The notes beneath the pieces are model-generated. The model did no database searches. It saw nothing but the letters and a program-made list of their open reading frames with translations, and was not told the DNA's origin. DNA of 64,000 bases. Source: Agrococcus sp. (GTDB taxonomy: Bacteria; Actinomycetota; Actinomycetes; Actinomycetales; Microbacteriaceae). Shown here in pieces: positions 11,109 to 20,178 of this stretch. Position 1 is the stretch's first letter. Each line of letters begins with the position of its first letter. The position numbers and the translations under genes were made by a program. Where the stretch lies: contig JAPSIA010000001.1 in assembly GCA_031179215.1 (NCBI GenBank), positions 15,829-79,828 of the forward strand, given 5' to 3'.

Positions 11109-12343
11109 TGCTGGATCTTCATGCCCTTGGGCACCGTGACGATGCCCGAGGCCGAGATCGAGAACCCGCGGGAGCGGTCGAGGTCGTGGTCGACGCCGAT
11201 CTGCACGCCGGGGCCGATGTCGACCTGCTTGTCGATGATCGCGCGGCGCACGACCGCGCCAGCGCCGACGTGCACCGAGTCGAACAGGATCGCGTCGGAG
11301 ACCGTCGCGCCCGCGTCGATGCTGCACCAGGGGGAGACGACGCTGCGCACGACCGAGGCGCCCTGGACGACGGAGCCGGCACCCACGATCGCCTCGTTGA
11401 CGTCGGCGGCTCGCCCCCACGCGTCGCGCGTGAACTTCGCCGGCGGCGCGTTGACCGTCTGCGTGTAGATCGGCCACTCGCGGTTGTAGAGGTTGAAGAT
11501 CGGCAGCGCCGAGATGAGGTCCATGTGCGCGTCGAAGAACGACTCGATCGTGCCGACGTCGCGCCAGTAGTACTTGTCGCGCTCGGTCGCGCCGGGCACC
11601 GTGTTGCTCTTGAGGTCGTACATGGCGGCCTCGCCGCGCTCGACGAACCAGGGGATGATGTCGCCGCCCATGTCGTGGTTGGCGTCCTCGTTCTGGTTGT
11701 CGGCGGTGACGGCCTCGATGAGCGCATCCGCGTCGAAGACGTAGTTGCCCATCGAGGCGAGCACCTCGCCGGGCGCGACGACGAGGTCGGAGGCGTCGGC
11801 CGGCTTCTCGTGGAAGGCCCGGATGAAGCCCTCCTTGCTCGCATCCTCCTCGATCACGCCGAACTGGTTCGCGAGCTCGATCGGCTGCCGGATGCCGGCC
11901 ACCGTCGCGCGCGCGCCGGAGGCGATGTGCGCGTCGATCATGTCGCGGAAGTCCATGCGGTACACGTGATCGGCGCCGACGACGACGACGATGTCGGGCT
12001 TCTCGTCGGCGAGCAGGTTGAGCGACTGGAAGATCGCGTCGGCGGAGCCCTGGAACCAGCGCTTGCCCGTGCGCTGCTGCGCCGGCACCGACGTGACGTA
12101 GGAGTTCAGCATCGCCGACATGCGCCACACGGTCGAGATGTGGCGGTCGAGCGAGTGCGACTTGTACTGCGTGAGCACCACGATCTGCCGCAGCCCCGAG
12201 TTGATGAGGTTCGAGATCGCGAAGTCGATCAATCGGTACGAGCCGCCGAAGGGCACCGCGGGCTTGGCGCGATCCGCGGTCAGCGGCATGAGCCGCTTGC
12301 CCTCTCCGCCGGCGAGCACGATGCCGAAGACCTTCTTGTCCAT
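11105..12343 (-). CDS. glgC: Glucose-1-phosphate adenylyltransferase
   Basis: LAGGEGKRLMPLT, RAKPAVPFGG, ADHVYRMD, YWRDVGT. Confidence 0.96.
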   Translation of the reverse strand: MDKKVFGIVLAGGEGKRLMPLTADRAKPAVPFGGSYRLIDFAISNLINSGLRQIVVLTQYKSHSLDRHISTVWRMSAMLNSYVTSVPAQQRTGKRWFQGSADAIFQSLNLLADEKPDIVVVVGADHVYRMDFRDMIDAHIASGARATVAGIRQPIELANQFGVIEEDASKEGFIRAFHEKPADASDLVVAPGEVLASMGNYVFDADALIEAVTADNQNEDANHDMGGDIIPWFVERGEAAMYDLKSNTVPGATERDKYYWRDVGTIESFFDAHMDLISALPIFNLYNREWPIYTQTVNAPPAKFTRDAWGRAADVNEAIVGAGSVVQGASVVRSVVSPWCSIDAGATVSDAILFDSVHVGAGAVVRRAIIDKQVDIGPGVQIGVDHDLDRSRGFSISASGIVTVPKGMKIQQ

Positions 12344-12427
12344 GGGCTCAGCCTATGCGGGCTTCGCTGGGGGAAACCAGGAGCGTCCGTCCGGCAGCGC
12401 GGCTCGGGCCTCGCGTACTGTGAAGCC

Positions 12428-13633
12428 ATGCGCGTCGACCTGCTGACCAAGGAGTACCCGCCGGCCGTCTACGGGGGCGCCGGGGTGCACGTGACCGAGC
12501 TCGTGCGTGCGCTGCGGCGCTCGATCGACGTGCGGGTGCGCTGCTTCGGGCAGCCGCGCGACGAGGAGGGCACGACCGCCTACGACGTGCCGGCCTCGCT
12601 CGCCGACGCCAACGGCGCCCTGCAGACGCTCGCCGTCGACCTGCAGATCGCCGATGCGGTCGAGGGCACCGACGTGGTGCACTCGCACACCTGGTACGCC
12701 AACGAGGCGGGCAGGCTCGCGCAAGCGCTGCACGGGGTGCCGCACGTCGTCACCGCGCACTCGCTCGAGCCGCTGCGGCCGTGGAAGGCCGAGCAGCTCG
12801 GCGGTGGCTACCGCATCTCGAGCGACATCGAGCGGCGCGCCTACGAGGCCGCCGACCGCGTCATCGCCGTCTCCGACGGCATGCGCGCCGACATCCTGCG
12901 CTCCTATCCCGCGCTCGACCCCGCGCGCGTCGTGACGGTCTACAACGGCATCGACCTCGACGCGTGGGCGCCGAACCCCGACGCCGACCGGGCGCGCGAG
13001 CTCGGGCTCGACCCCGCGCATCCGTCGATCGTGTTCGTCGGCCGGATCACGCGGCAGAAGGGCCTGCCCCACCTGCTGCGCGCCGCCCGGTCGCTGCCGG
13101 AGGGCGTGCAGCTCATCCTGTGCGCCGGCGCTCCGGACACGCCGGAGATCCTGGCCGAGGTCAAGGGCCTCGTCGAGGAGCTGCAGTCGAGCCGCGAGGG
13201 CGTCGTCTGGATCGACGACGTGCTGCCGCGCGACGACCTCCGCGCGCTGCTGAGCCACGCGACCGCCTTCGTGTGCCCGAGCGTCTACGAGCCGCTCGGG
13301 ATCGTGAACCTCGAGGCGATGGCGTGCGGCGCCCCCGTCGTCGGGAGCGCGACCGGCGGCATCCCCGAGGTCATCGACGACGGCGTGACGGGCTTCCTCG
13401 TGCCGATCGACCAGGTGCAGGACGGCACGGGCACGCCGACCGACCCGGCGCGCTTCGAGGCCGACCTCGCCGACGCGCTCGCGCGCATGGTCGCCGATCC
13501 CGAGGCCGCGAAGCGGATGGGCGAGGCCGGCAGGGAGCGCGCTCGGGAGCGCTTCGACTGGGGCCGGATCGCCGAGCAGACGCGCGAGGTCTACGAGGCC
13601 GTGATCGCCGAGCGCTCGAGCGCCGCGAGCTAG
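12428..13633 (+). CDS. glgA: Actinobacterial glycogen synthase-like GT4 (GlgA/GlgM, maltose-1-phosphate synthase)
   Basis: EYPPAVYGGAGVH, HSHTWY, GRITRQKG, EPLGIVNLEAMAC; divergent from glgC. Confidence 0.92.
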   Translation: MRVDLLTKEYPPAVYGGAGVHVTELVRALRRSIDVRVRCFGQPRDEEGTTAYDVPASLADANGALQTLAVDLQIADAVEGTDVVHSHTWYANEAGRLAQALHGVPHVVTAHSLEPLRPWKAEQLGGGYRISSDIERRAYEAADRVIAVSDGMRADILRSYPALDPARVVTVYNGIDLDAWAPNPDADRARELGLDPAHPSIVFVGRITRQKGLPHLLRAARSLPEGVQLILCAGAPDTPEILAEVKGLVEELQSSREGVVWIDDVLPRDDLRALLSHATAFVCPSVYEPLGIVNLEAMACGAPVVGSATGGIPEVIDDGVTGFLVPIDQVQDGTGTPTDPARFEADLADALARMVADPEAAKRMGEAGRERARERFDWGRIAEQTREVYEAVIAERSSAAS

Positions 13634-13691
13634 CGGGCATCCACCGCGCGCCACGCCGTGCGTGCGCCCCGCGCTCGGTAGGCTCGCCGTC

Positions 13692-14477
13692 ATGGCCAGC
13701 GTCCTCGAGCTCACCGACGTCTCGTTCGTCCGGAACGGCAACCGCATCCTCGACGGGATCTCGTGGAGCGTCGACGAGGCGGATCGCTGGGTGATCCTCG
13801 GCCCGAACGGCGCCGGCAAGTCGACGATCCTGCAGCTCGCCGCTGCGACGACGCACCCGAGCTCCGGCACCGTCGAGGTGCTGGGGGAGCGGATCGGCAG
13901 GGTCGACGTGTTCGAGCTGCGCACGCGCATCGGGCTCGCCGCCACGGGCCTCGCGCGCCGCATCCCCGCACACGAGCGCGTCGGCGACGTCGTGCTCACC
14001 GCGGCCTACGCCGTCACGGGCCGCTGGCGCGAGCGCTACGAGTCGATGGACCTCGAGCGGGCGGCGGAGGTGATGGATGCGTGGGACCTCACCGAGCTCT
14101 CCACGCGCACCTTCGGCACGCTCTCCGACGGCGAGCGCAAGCGCGTGCAGATCGCGCGAGCCGTCATGACCGACCCGGAGCTCATGCTGCTCGACGAGCC
14201 CGCCGGCAGCCTCGACCTCGGCGCGCGCGAGTCGCTGCTCGAGTCCCTCGCCGACTACGCCTCGAGCGAGCTCGCCCCCGCGATCGTCATGGTGACCCAC
14301 CACGTCGAGGAGATCCCGCCCGGCTTCACGCACGCCATGCTCCTCTCGGAGGGCAGGATCCACGCGGCCGGCAGGCTCGAGGAGGTGCTCACCGACGAGC
14401 ATCTCACGGCGACGTTCGGCGTGCCGCTGCAGGTCGCGCACGAGGACGGCCGCTGGCGCGCCCGCGCGATGCGCTGA
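13692..14477 (+). CDS. ABC transporter ATP-binding protein (orphan)
   Basis: GPNGAGKS, LSDGERKR, LLDEP, VTHH; TAGGCT -10 upstream of ATG 13692. Confidence 0.85.
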   Translation: MASVLELTDVSFVRNGNRILDGISWSVDEADRWVILGPNGAGKSTILQLAAATTHPSSGTVEVLGERIGRVDVFELRTRIGLAATGLARRIPAHERVGDVVLTAAYAVTGRWRERYESMDLERAAEVMDAWDLTELSTRTFGTLSDGERKRVQIARAVMTDPELMLLDEPAGSLDLGARESLLESLADYASSELAPAIVMVTHHVEEIPPGFTHAMLLSEGRIHAAGRLEEVLTDEHLTATFGVPLQVAHEDGRWRARAMR

Positions 14478-14564
14478 CCGCCGCACGAGACCGAGACCTG
14501 ATACACTTGTCCGTCGGCCCACGCTGGCCGAAGACTTTCCGCGCCCGAGCGACCAAGGACTGCC

Positions 14565-14813
14565 ATGAAGACCGAGACCCACCCCGACTACCAGCCGATC
14601 GTGTTCCGCGACCTCGCCTCGGGCGAGACGTTCCTCACGCGCTCGACGCTCACGAGCGACAAGACGATCGAGCTCGACGGCGAGACCTACCCGGTGATCG
14701 ACGTCGAGATCTCGTCGGCCTCGCACCCGTTCTACACGGGCAAGCAGCGCATCATGGACTCGGCCGGCCGCGTCGAGAAGTTCAAGAACCGCTACAAGGG
14801 CTTCGGCGGCTGA
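14565..14813 (+). CDS. rpmE2: 50S ribosomal protein L31 type B (zinc-free)
   Basis: [27 protein letters not shown]; no CxxC; AAGGA RBS. Confidence 0.96.
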   Translation: MKTETHPDYQPIVFRDLASGETFLTRSTLTSDKTIELDGETYPVIDVEISSASHPFYTGKQRIMDSAGRVEKFKNRYKGFGG

Positions 14814-14919
14814 TCGCAGCAGCCTCTCGGAGGGCGTCGGGCTTCGGCTCGGCGCCCTTCGTCGTGCACGGCCCGCATGCGCGCGCCGCATGCGCTCCGC
14901 GCGGGTGCCCGGGGCGCTC

Positions 14920-15233
14920 ACCTGCACGGAACGGCCGCCTTCCCGCGCCCTGAGCAGCCACCCGGCGCAGGAGACGCGCGCCCTGCGGCGCCGACCTGCA
15001 CCGAACGGCCGCCTCCCGGCACCCGCAGCAGCCACCCGGTGCAGGTGAGAGAGCCGCGATGGGCTCTCCTTCGCCGGCCGCGCGCCCTGCGGCGCCGACC
15101 TGCACGGAACGGCTGCCTCACCGCGCCCTTCGCAGCCACCCGGTGCATGCAGGGAAGCCGCAAGGGACGCTCCCGCTCAGACCTGCACGGAACCGCCGCC
15201 TCACCCCGCCCGCAGCAGCCACCCGGTGCACGT
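14920..15233. repeat. Array of four 53-bp palindromic elements with 21, 51 and 30 bp spacers
   Basis: Units 14920-14972, 14994-15046, 15098-15150 and 15181-15233 start ACCTGCAC and end in GTGCAGGT variants. Confidence 0.85.
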
Positions 15234-15306
15234 CGCGAAGGCGCTGCCGCGCGATCGCGCGCGGGGGAGCGAGGGCGCGTCCCGCGGCGACGCGCGCGCT
15301 CGGGCG

Positions 15307-16128
15307 TCAGTCCTCGCGGGAGCGGAGCGGCCAGCCGCGACCGGCGCTGAAGGACGGGTCGGTGCGGCGCCGGAACGCCTCGAAGTCGGCCGCCTGCTCG
15401 TCGGCCCACGCGGCCGTGAGGTCGTGCAGCGAGATGGGGTCGATGCGCAGCTCGGCGTAGCGCGCTGCCATCGCCTGCGCGACGCGGCCCGCCGCGATCG
15501 CGTCGGCGCTCGCGTCATGCGCGTCGACGAGCTCGACGCCGTAGACCGCCGCGGCCATCGCGAGCGTGCGCTTGCCCCTGCGGAAGCGGTCGAGCCTGCG
15601 GTCGAGGATCATCGGGTCGATGACCGGCCGAGCCGCGAGCGGCTCGTGGCCGTGCCTGCGGCACTCCGCGTCGAGCAGCGAGATGTCGTAGGCGGCGTTG
15701 AAGGCGCACACGGCGAGGCCCTGCGCGAGGTGGTCGGCGAGCGCGTCGCGGATCTCGCGCACGGCGCCGCGCGCATCGGCGCCCTCGGCACGCGCCCGCT
15801 CGGTCGTGATGCCGTGGATGGCGATCGAGCCCTCGGGGATCTCGACGCCCGGGTCGACGATCCAGGCGCGCTCCTCGAGCACCGCGCCCGATGCATCCAG
15901 CACACCGACGTACGCCGTGACGATGCGGGCCTCTGCCGGATCGATGCCCGTCGTCTCGAGGTCGAACACGACGAGGCGGTCGATCCAGCGGTTCGGGGCA
16001 GAGGCGCTCACCTCGAGGATCGGCCGGTGGAGCGCCGGGCGCTGCGCGGGCCGCACCTCGAGCAGCGGACCCTCGGCAACCGCGTCGTGCGCGCCGGGGC
16101 TCGGCCGGTGGAGCTGGGTGGCGGTCAT
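15307..16128 (-). CDS. DnaQ-like DEDDh 3'-5' exonuclease
   Basis: VFDLETTG (ExoI), FNAAYD (ExoII), AHDASAD (ExoIII). Confidence 0.9.
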   Translation of the reverse strand: MTATQLHRPSPGAHDAVAEGPLLEVRPAQRPALHRPILEVSASAPNRWIDRLVVFDLETTGIDPAEARIVTAYVGVLDASGAVLEERAWIVDPGVEIPEGSIAIHGITTERARAEGADARGAVREIRDALADHLAQGLAVCAFNAAYDISLLDAECRRHGHEPLAARPVIDPMILDRRLDRFRRGKRTLAMAAAVYGVELVDAHDASADAIAAGRVAQAMAARYAELRIDPISLHDLTAAWADEQAADFEAFRRRTDPSFSAGRGWPLRSRED

Positions 16129-16134
16129 GCGCCC

Positions 16135-16156
16135 ACGCTAGCCGCGACCTCCCACA
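16135..16156 (-). promoter_or_regulatory. Putative PafBC (RecA-NDp)-type promoter, one mismatch
   Basis: Minus strand TGTGGG-N10-TAGCGT, six nt before ATG. Confidence 0.55.
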
Positions 16157-16176
16157 CCCGCCGGTAGGCTCGGCGC

Positions 16177-17067
16177 GTGGCTGTCGACTCCCCGTACCGC
16201 GCGCTGCTCGACGCCCTGCCGCAGCGGCGGCGCGAGGCGAGCGTCGACGGTGTGCGCACCGCCGTGTTCGAGTACGGCCCGGAGCAGGCGCCGCCCATCG
16301 TCTTCGTGCACGGCTTCCGCGGCGACCACCACGGGCTCGAGCCCATCGCCGCGCACCTGCCGCAGCTGCGCGTCATCGTGCCCGACCTGCCGGGCTTCGG
16401 CGAGTCGGAGGCACTGCCGCGCGCCACGATCGACGCCTACGCCGCATGGCTGCGCGCCTTCGTCGCGACGATCGCGCCCACGGGTGACGACCGCCCCGCC
16501 GTGCTCGGGCACTCGTTCGGCTCGATCGTCGTGGCGCACGCCGCGGCCGGCGGGCTCGACGCGAGCCGCATCGTGCTCATCAACCCCATCGCGGCGCCCG
16601 CGCTCTCCGGGGCCAATCGCGTCGGCTCCCTCCTCGCGCTCGGCTACTACCGGGCGGCAGCCGCGCTGCCCGAGCGCGCGGGGCTCGCCCTGCTCGGCGC
16701 GCCGCCCATCGTGCGCGGCATGAGCGCCTTCATGGCCAAGACCCGCGACCGGGGGCTCAAGCGCTGGATCCACGACCAGCACGACCGCTACTTCTCGCGC
16801 TACGCCTCGCGCCGCGCGGTGCTCGAGGCCTTCGAGGCCTCGATCCGCCACACGGTGGGCGAGGTCGCGTCGCGCGTCGACGCGCCCGTGCAGCTCATCG
16901 CCGGTGACCGCGACGACATCACGCCGCTCGCGCACCAGCACCGGCTGCGCGCGCAGTTCCCTGACGCCCGCCTGTCGGTGCTGCCGGACGTGGGGCACCT
17001 CGTGCACTACGAGCGACCGCGCGAGGCCGCCGCCGTGATCCGCCGGTTCCTCGCCGAGGAGCGCTAG
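16177..17067 (+). CDS. Alpha/beta fold hydrolase
   Basis: HGF oxyanion, PDLPGFG, GHSFG nucleophile, GHLVHYE. Confidence 0.88.
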   Translation: MAVDSPYRALLDALPQRRREASVDGVRTAVFEYGPEQAPPIVFVHGFRGDHHGLEPIAAHLPQLRVIVPDLPGFGESEALPRATIDAYAAWLRAFVATIAPTGDDRPAVLGHSFGSIVVAHAAAGGLDASRIVLINPIAAPALSGANRVGSLLALGYYRAAAALPERAGLALLGAPPIVRGMSAFMAKTRDRGLKRWIHDQHDRYFSRYASRRAVLEAFEASIRHTVGEVASRVDAPVQLIAGDRDDITPLAHQHRLRAQFPDARLSVLPDVGHLVHYERPREAAAVIRRFLAEER

Positions 17068-17071
17068 CGGC

Positions 17072-18148
17072 GTGCGCATCCTCTTCGACTGCCGCTACGT
17101 GCGCTTCCCTCGGCACGACGGCATCTCGCGCTTCTCGGCGGAGCTCGTGGGCGAGCTCGCGCGCGAGCACGACGTGACGATGCTCGTGAGCGACGAGCAG
17201 CAGCTGACGATGCTGCCGCCGCTGCCGCACGTGCTCGGCCCGTCGCCGACGGGGCCGCTCGAGCCGCTCACCGCGTGGCGGCTGCGGCGCGTGCCCGCCG
17301 ACATCGCCTTCTCGCCCATGCAGACGATCGGCTCCATCGGCCGCGCGTGGCCGCTCGTGACGACCGTGCACGACCTCATCTACTACCGCCACCCGACGCC
17401 GCCGCGCACCCTCCCGGCTCCCGTGCGGCTGCTCTGGCGGCTCTACCACCTCTCGTTCGCGCCGCAGCGGCTGCTGCTGAACGCGGTGGACGGCGTCGCG
17501 ACCGTCTCCGAGACCACGCGGGCGCTCATCGCCGAGCACCGGCTCACGCGCCGCCCCGTCGCGGTCGTGCCCAACGCCTTCGCGCCGCTCGGCGAGCCGG
17601 TCGCCCACGCGGCACCGCCCACGCGGCGGCTCGTCTACATGGGCTCGTTCATGCCCTACAAGGACGTCGAGACGCTCGTGCGGGCCACCGCGCTGCTGCC
17701 GGGCTACGAGCTGCACCTGTGCAGCCGCATCGACGCGGCGACGCGCGAGCGGCTCAGCGCGCTCGCGCCCGACGCATCCCTCGTCTTCCACGACGGCGTG
17801 AGCGACGAGGCCTACGCCGAGCTGCTGCGCAGCGCGACCGCCCTCGTGCACGCCTCCCGCGACGAGGGCTTCGGCATCCCGCTGCTCGAGGCGATGAGCC
17901 TCGGGGTGCCGGTCGTCGTGGCCGACACCCGGATCTTCCGCGAGGTCGGCGGCGACGCGGCGACCTTCTTCCCGGTGGGAGATGCGGATGCGCTCGCGCG
18001 CGCCGTGCGGGCGCTCGAGGGGGAGTGGGAGGCGCGGTCGCGCGCCGCGAGGCAGCAGGCCGCCCGCTTCAGCTGGCGCTCCTCCTCCGAGCGGCTCGGC
18101 GCGTTCCTGGCCGAGGTCGCGGCGTCGGCCCGGAGCCGCGGTCGCTGA
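17072..18148 (+). CDS. Glycosyltransferase (GT4, GT-B fold)
   Basis: TVHDLI, YK, EGFGIPLLEAM motifs. Confidence 0.88.
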   Translation: MRILFDCRYVRFPRHDGISRFSAELVGELAREHDVTMLVSDEQQLTMLPPLPHVLGPSPTGPLEPLTAWRLRRVPADIAFSPMQTIGSIGRAWPLVTTVHDLIYYRHPTPPRTLPAPVRLLWRLYHLSFAPQRLLLNAVDGVATVSETTRALIAEHRLTRRPVAVVPNAFAPLGEPVAHAAPPTRRLVYMGSFMPYKDVETLVRATALLPGYELHLCSRIDAATRERLSALAPDASLVFHDGVSDEAYAELLRSATALVHASRDEGFGIPLLEAMSLGVPVVVADTRIFREVGGDAATFFPVGDADALARAVRALEGEWEARSRAARQQAARFSWRSSSERLGAFLAEVAASARSRGR

Positions 18149-18343
18149 GCGGCCGCACGGCCGCACAGCGCGCCCGTATGGGCGCTCAGCGACCACCGCT
18201 CCGGGACCCCCGCCCCGGGGGCGACGCAGCAGCCCGCCGCGGTTCTGGCCGGGGTCCCAGCCGCGGCCCGGAGCCGCGGTCGCTGAGCGGCCGCACGGCC
18301 GCACAGCGCGCCCGTATGGGCGCTCAGCGACCACCGCTCCGGG
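18126..18343. repeat. Two identical 80-bp hairpin-forming direct repeats, 138-bp period
   Basis: 18126-18205 equals 18264-18343; arms CCCGGAGC..GGTCGCTGAGCG / CGCTCAGCGACC..GCTCCGGG. Confidence 0.9.
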
Positions 18344-18434
18344 CCGGGCGAGGGTCCCGTCGCGGCGACAGTCGACTCGAGGGGGCTCGAGGGGTCTCGA
18401 GACGCGAGCGGTCCGGTGCGCTCGACCTGCGGGC

Positions 18435-19247
18435 TCAGAAGGGCGCGACGAGGGCGTCGGCGATCGCGGTGAGCGTCTCGCTCGTGCCGCCCTCGATGCG
18501 CGCCGCCGCGCGCCCGTCCCACTTCGTCTCGCCGCGGTTGACGATCACGATCGGCACCCCTTCGCGACGCGCGACCTCCAGCAGGCGCGTGCCGGAGTTC
18601 ACGACGAGTGACGAGCCGGCGACGAGCACCACCTGTCCCGCGGCGATCACGTCGCGCGCCGCGGCGAACACAGCGGTCGGCACGAGCTCGCCGAAGAAGA
18701 CGACGTCGGGCTTGAGCATGCCGCCGCACACGGGGCACGGCGGCACCTCGAAGTGCTGCGTGCCCTCGATGTCGACGTCACCGTCGGGCTGCATCCGCAC
18801 GTGCTCGGGCACGACGATCCAAGGGTTCAGCCGCTCGATGTCCGCGGCGATCCGCTCGCGGTCGAAGGTCGTGCCGCAATCGAGGCACGTGACGGTGTGC
18901 ATCCGCCCGTGCACGTGCACGACCTCGTGCGAGCCCGCCTTCTCGTGCAGGTCGTCGACGTTCTGCGTCGCGATCCCCGTGATGAGGCCCGCCTGCTCGA
19001 GCCGGGCGAGCGCGCGGTGCCCGTCGTTGGGCTGCACAGAGGTGAAGCGCTTCCACCCGAGGTGGCTGCCCGCCCAGTAGCGCCGGCGCGCATCCTCGCT
19101 CGAGCGGAACGTCTCGAACAGCATGGGGTTCCGCCGCGGCGCGCCCTCGCCGCGGTAGTCCGGGATGCCCGAGTCGGTCGAGATGCCAGCGCCCGTCAGC
19201 ACCGCGATGCGGCGTCCCCTGAGCAGATCGAGCGCTGTGTCGAGCAT
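18435..19247 (-). CDS. Sir2 family NAD-dependent protein deacylase
   Basis: TGAGISTDSGIPDYRG, TQNVDDLH, HG, CxxC...CxxC, KPDVVFFGE. Confidence 0.93.
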   Translation of the reverse strand: MLDTALDLLRGRRIAVLTGAGISTDSGIPDYRGEGAPRRNPMLFETFRSSEDARRRYWAGSHLGWKRFTSVQPNDGHRALARLEQAGLITGIATQNVDDLHEKAGSHEVVHVHGRMHTVTCLDCGTTFDRERIAADIERLNPWIVVPEHVRMQPDGDVDIEGTQHFEVPPCPVCGGMLKPDVVFFGELVPTAVFAAARDVIAAGQVVLVAGSSLVVNSGTRLLEVARREGVPIVIVNRGETKWDGRAAARIEGGTSETLTAIADALVAPF

Positions 19248-19329
19248 GCCACCACGCTAGTGCGCCACTACGCTCGAGGGCTGGGAGTCTCGCACCGAGC
19301 TCTGGGCGGCCGAGCACAGGGAGCAGCGC

Positions 19330-20178
19330 ATGCCGATCATCGGGATCGACTCCCTCGAGGACCCGCGGCTCACCGACTACGTCGCCCTCACCGACGTCGC
19401 GCTGCGGCGGCGCACGGAGCCCGAGCGCGGCCTCTACATCGCCGAGTCGCAGACGGTGCTCGAGCGCGCGCTGCGGGCGGGCCACGAGCCGCGCTCGGTG
19501 CTCGTCGCGCCGCGCTGGCTGCCGCAAGTCCAGGCGGTGCTCGGCGACCGCCTCGACGACGTGCCCGTGTTCGTGGGGGAGGAGCCCGTGCTCGAGGAGC
19601 TCACGGGCTTCCACCTCCACCGGGGTGCGCTCGCGGCGATGCAGCGGCCGGAGCTGCCGGATGCGTCGGCGCTGCTCGAGCGCGCACGTCGCGTCGTCGT
19701 GCTCGACGGGCTCGTCGACCACACGAACGTCGGCGCGGCGTTCCGCTCGGTCGCGGGCATCGGTGCCGACGCCGTGCTCGTGACGTCGACGTGCGCCGAT
19801 CCGCTCTACCGGCGGAGCGTGCGCGTGTCGATGGGCACCGTGCTGCAGGTGCCCTGGACGCGCATCGGCTCGCTCGAGGAGGCCGCGCCCGTCTTCCGCG
19901 CGGCCGGGTTCGAGACGGTCGCGATGGCCCTGCGCGACGACGCCGTCACCCTCGACGCGTACGCCGCGGCTCCCGCCGAGCGCGTCGCGCTCGTGTTCGG
20001 CTCCGAGGGTCCCGGCCTCAGCGCCAGGGCGATCGCCGCCGCCGACCGCGTCGTGCGGATCCCGATGCACCACGGCGTCGACTCGCTCAACGTCGCGGCG
20101 TCGGCCGCCGTCGCGATGTGGGCGCTGCGGCACGCCTCCGACGCGCGAGCCCAGCGCGCGAGCCAGGCCTCGCCGTGA
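19330..20178 (+). CDS. TrmH/SpoU family RNA methyltransferase
   Basis: DHTNVGAAFRS, FGSEGPGLS, IPM...VDSLNVA SPOUT motifs. Confidence 0.9.
   Translation: MPIIGIDSLEDPRLTDYVALTDVALRRRTEPERGLYIAESQTVLERALRAGHEPRSVLVAPRWLPQVQAVLGDRLDDVPVFVGEEPVLEELTGFHLHRGALAAMQRPELPDASALLERARRVVVLDGLVDHTNVGAAFRSVAGIGADAVLVTSTCADPLYRRSVRVSMGTVLQVPWTRIGSLEEAAPVFRAAGFETVAMALRDDAVTLDAYAAAPAERVALVFGSEGPGLSARAIAAADRVVRIPMHHGVDSLNVAASAAVAMWALRHASDARAQRASQASP

Noticed and set aside
14920-15233. CRISPR array
   Set aside because: Repeats are 53 bp and internally divergent, spacers are irregular (21-51 bp) and partly repeated, and there are no cas genes in the window
18435-19247. Sir2 as a defence effector (Thoeris/DSR type)
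   Set aside because: Canonical zinc-binding sirtuin deacylase in a housekeeping context, with no partner genes
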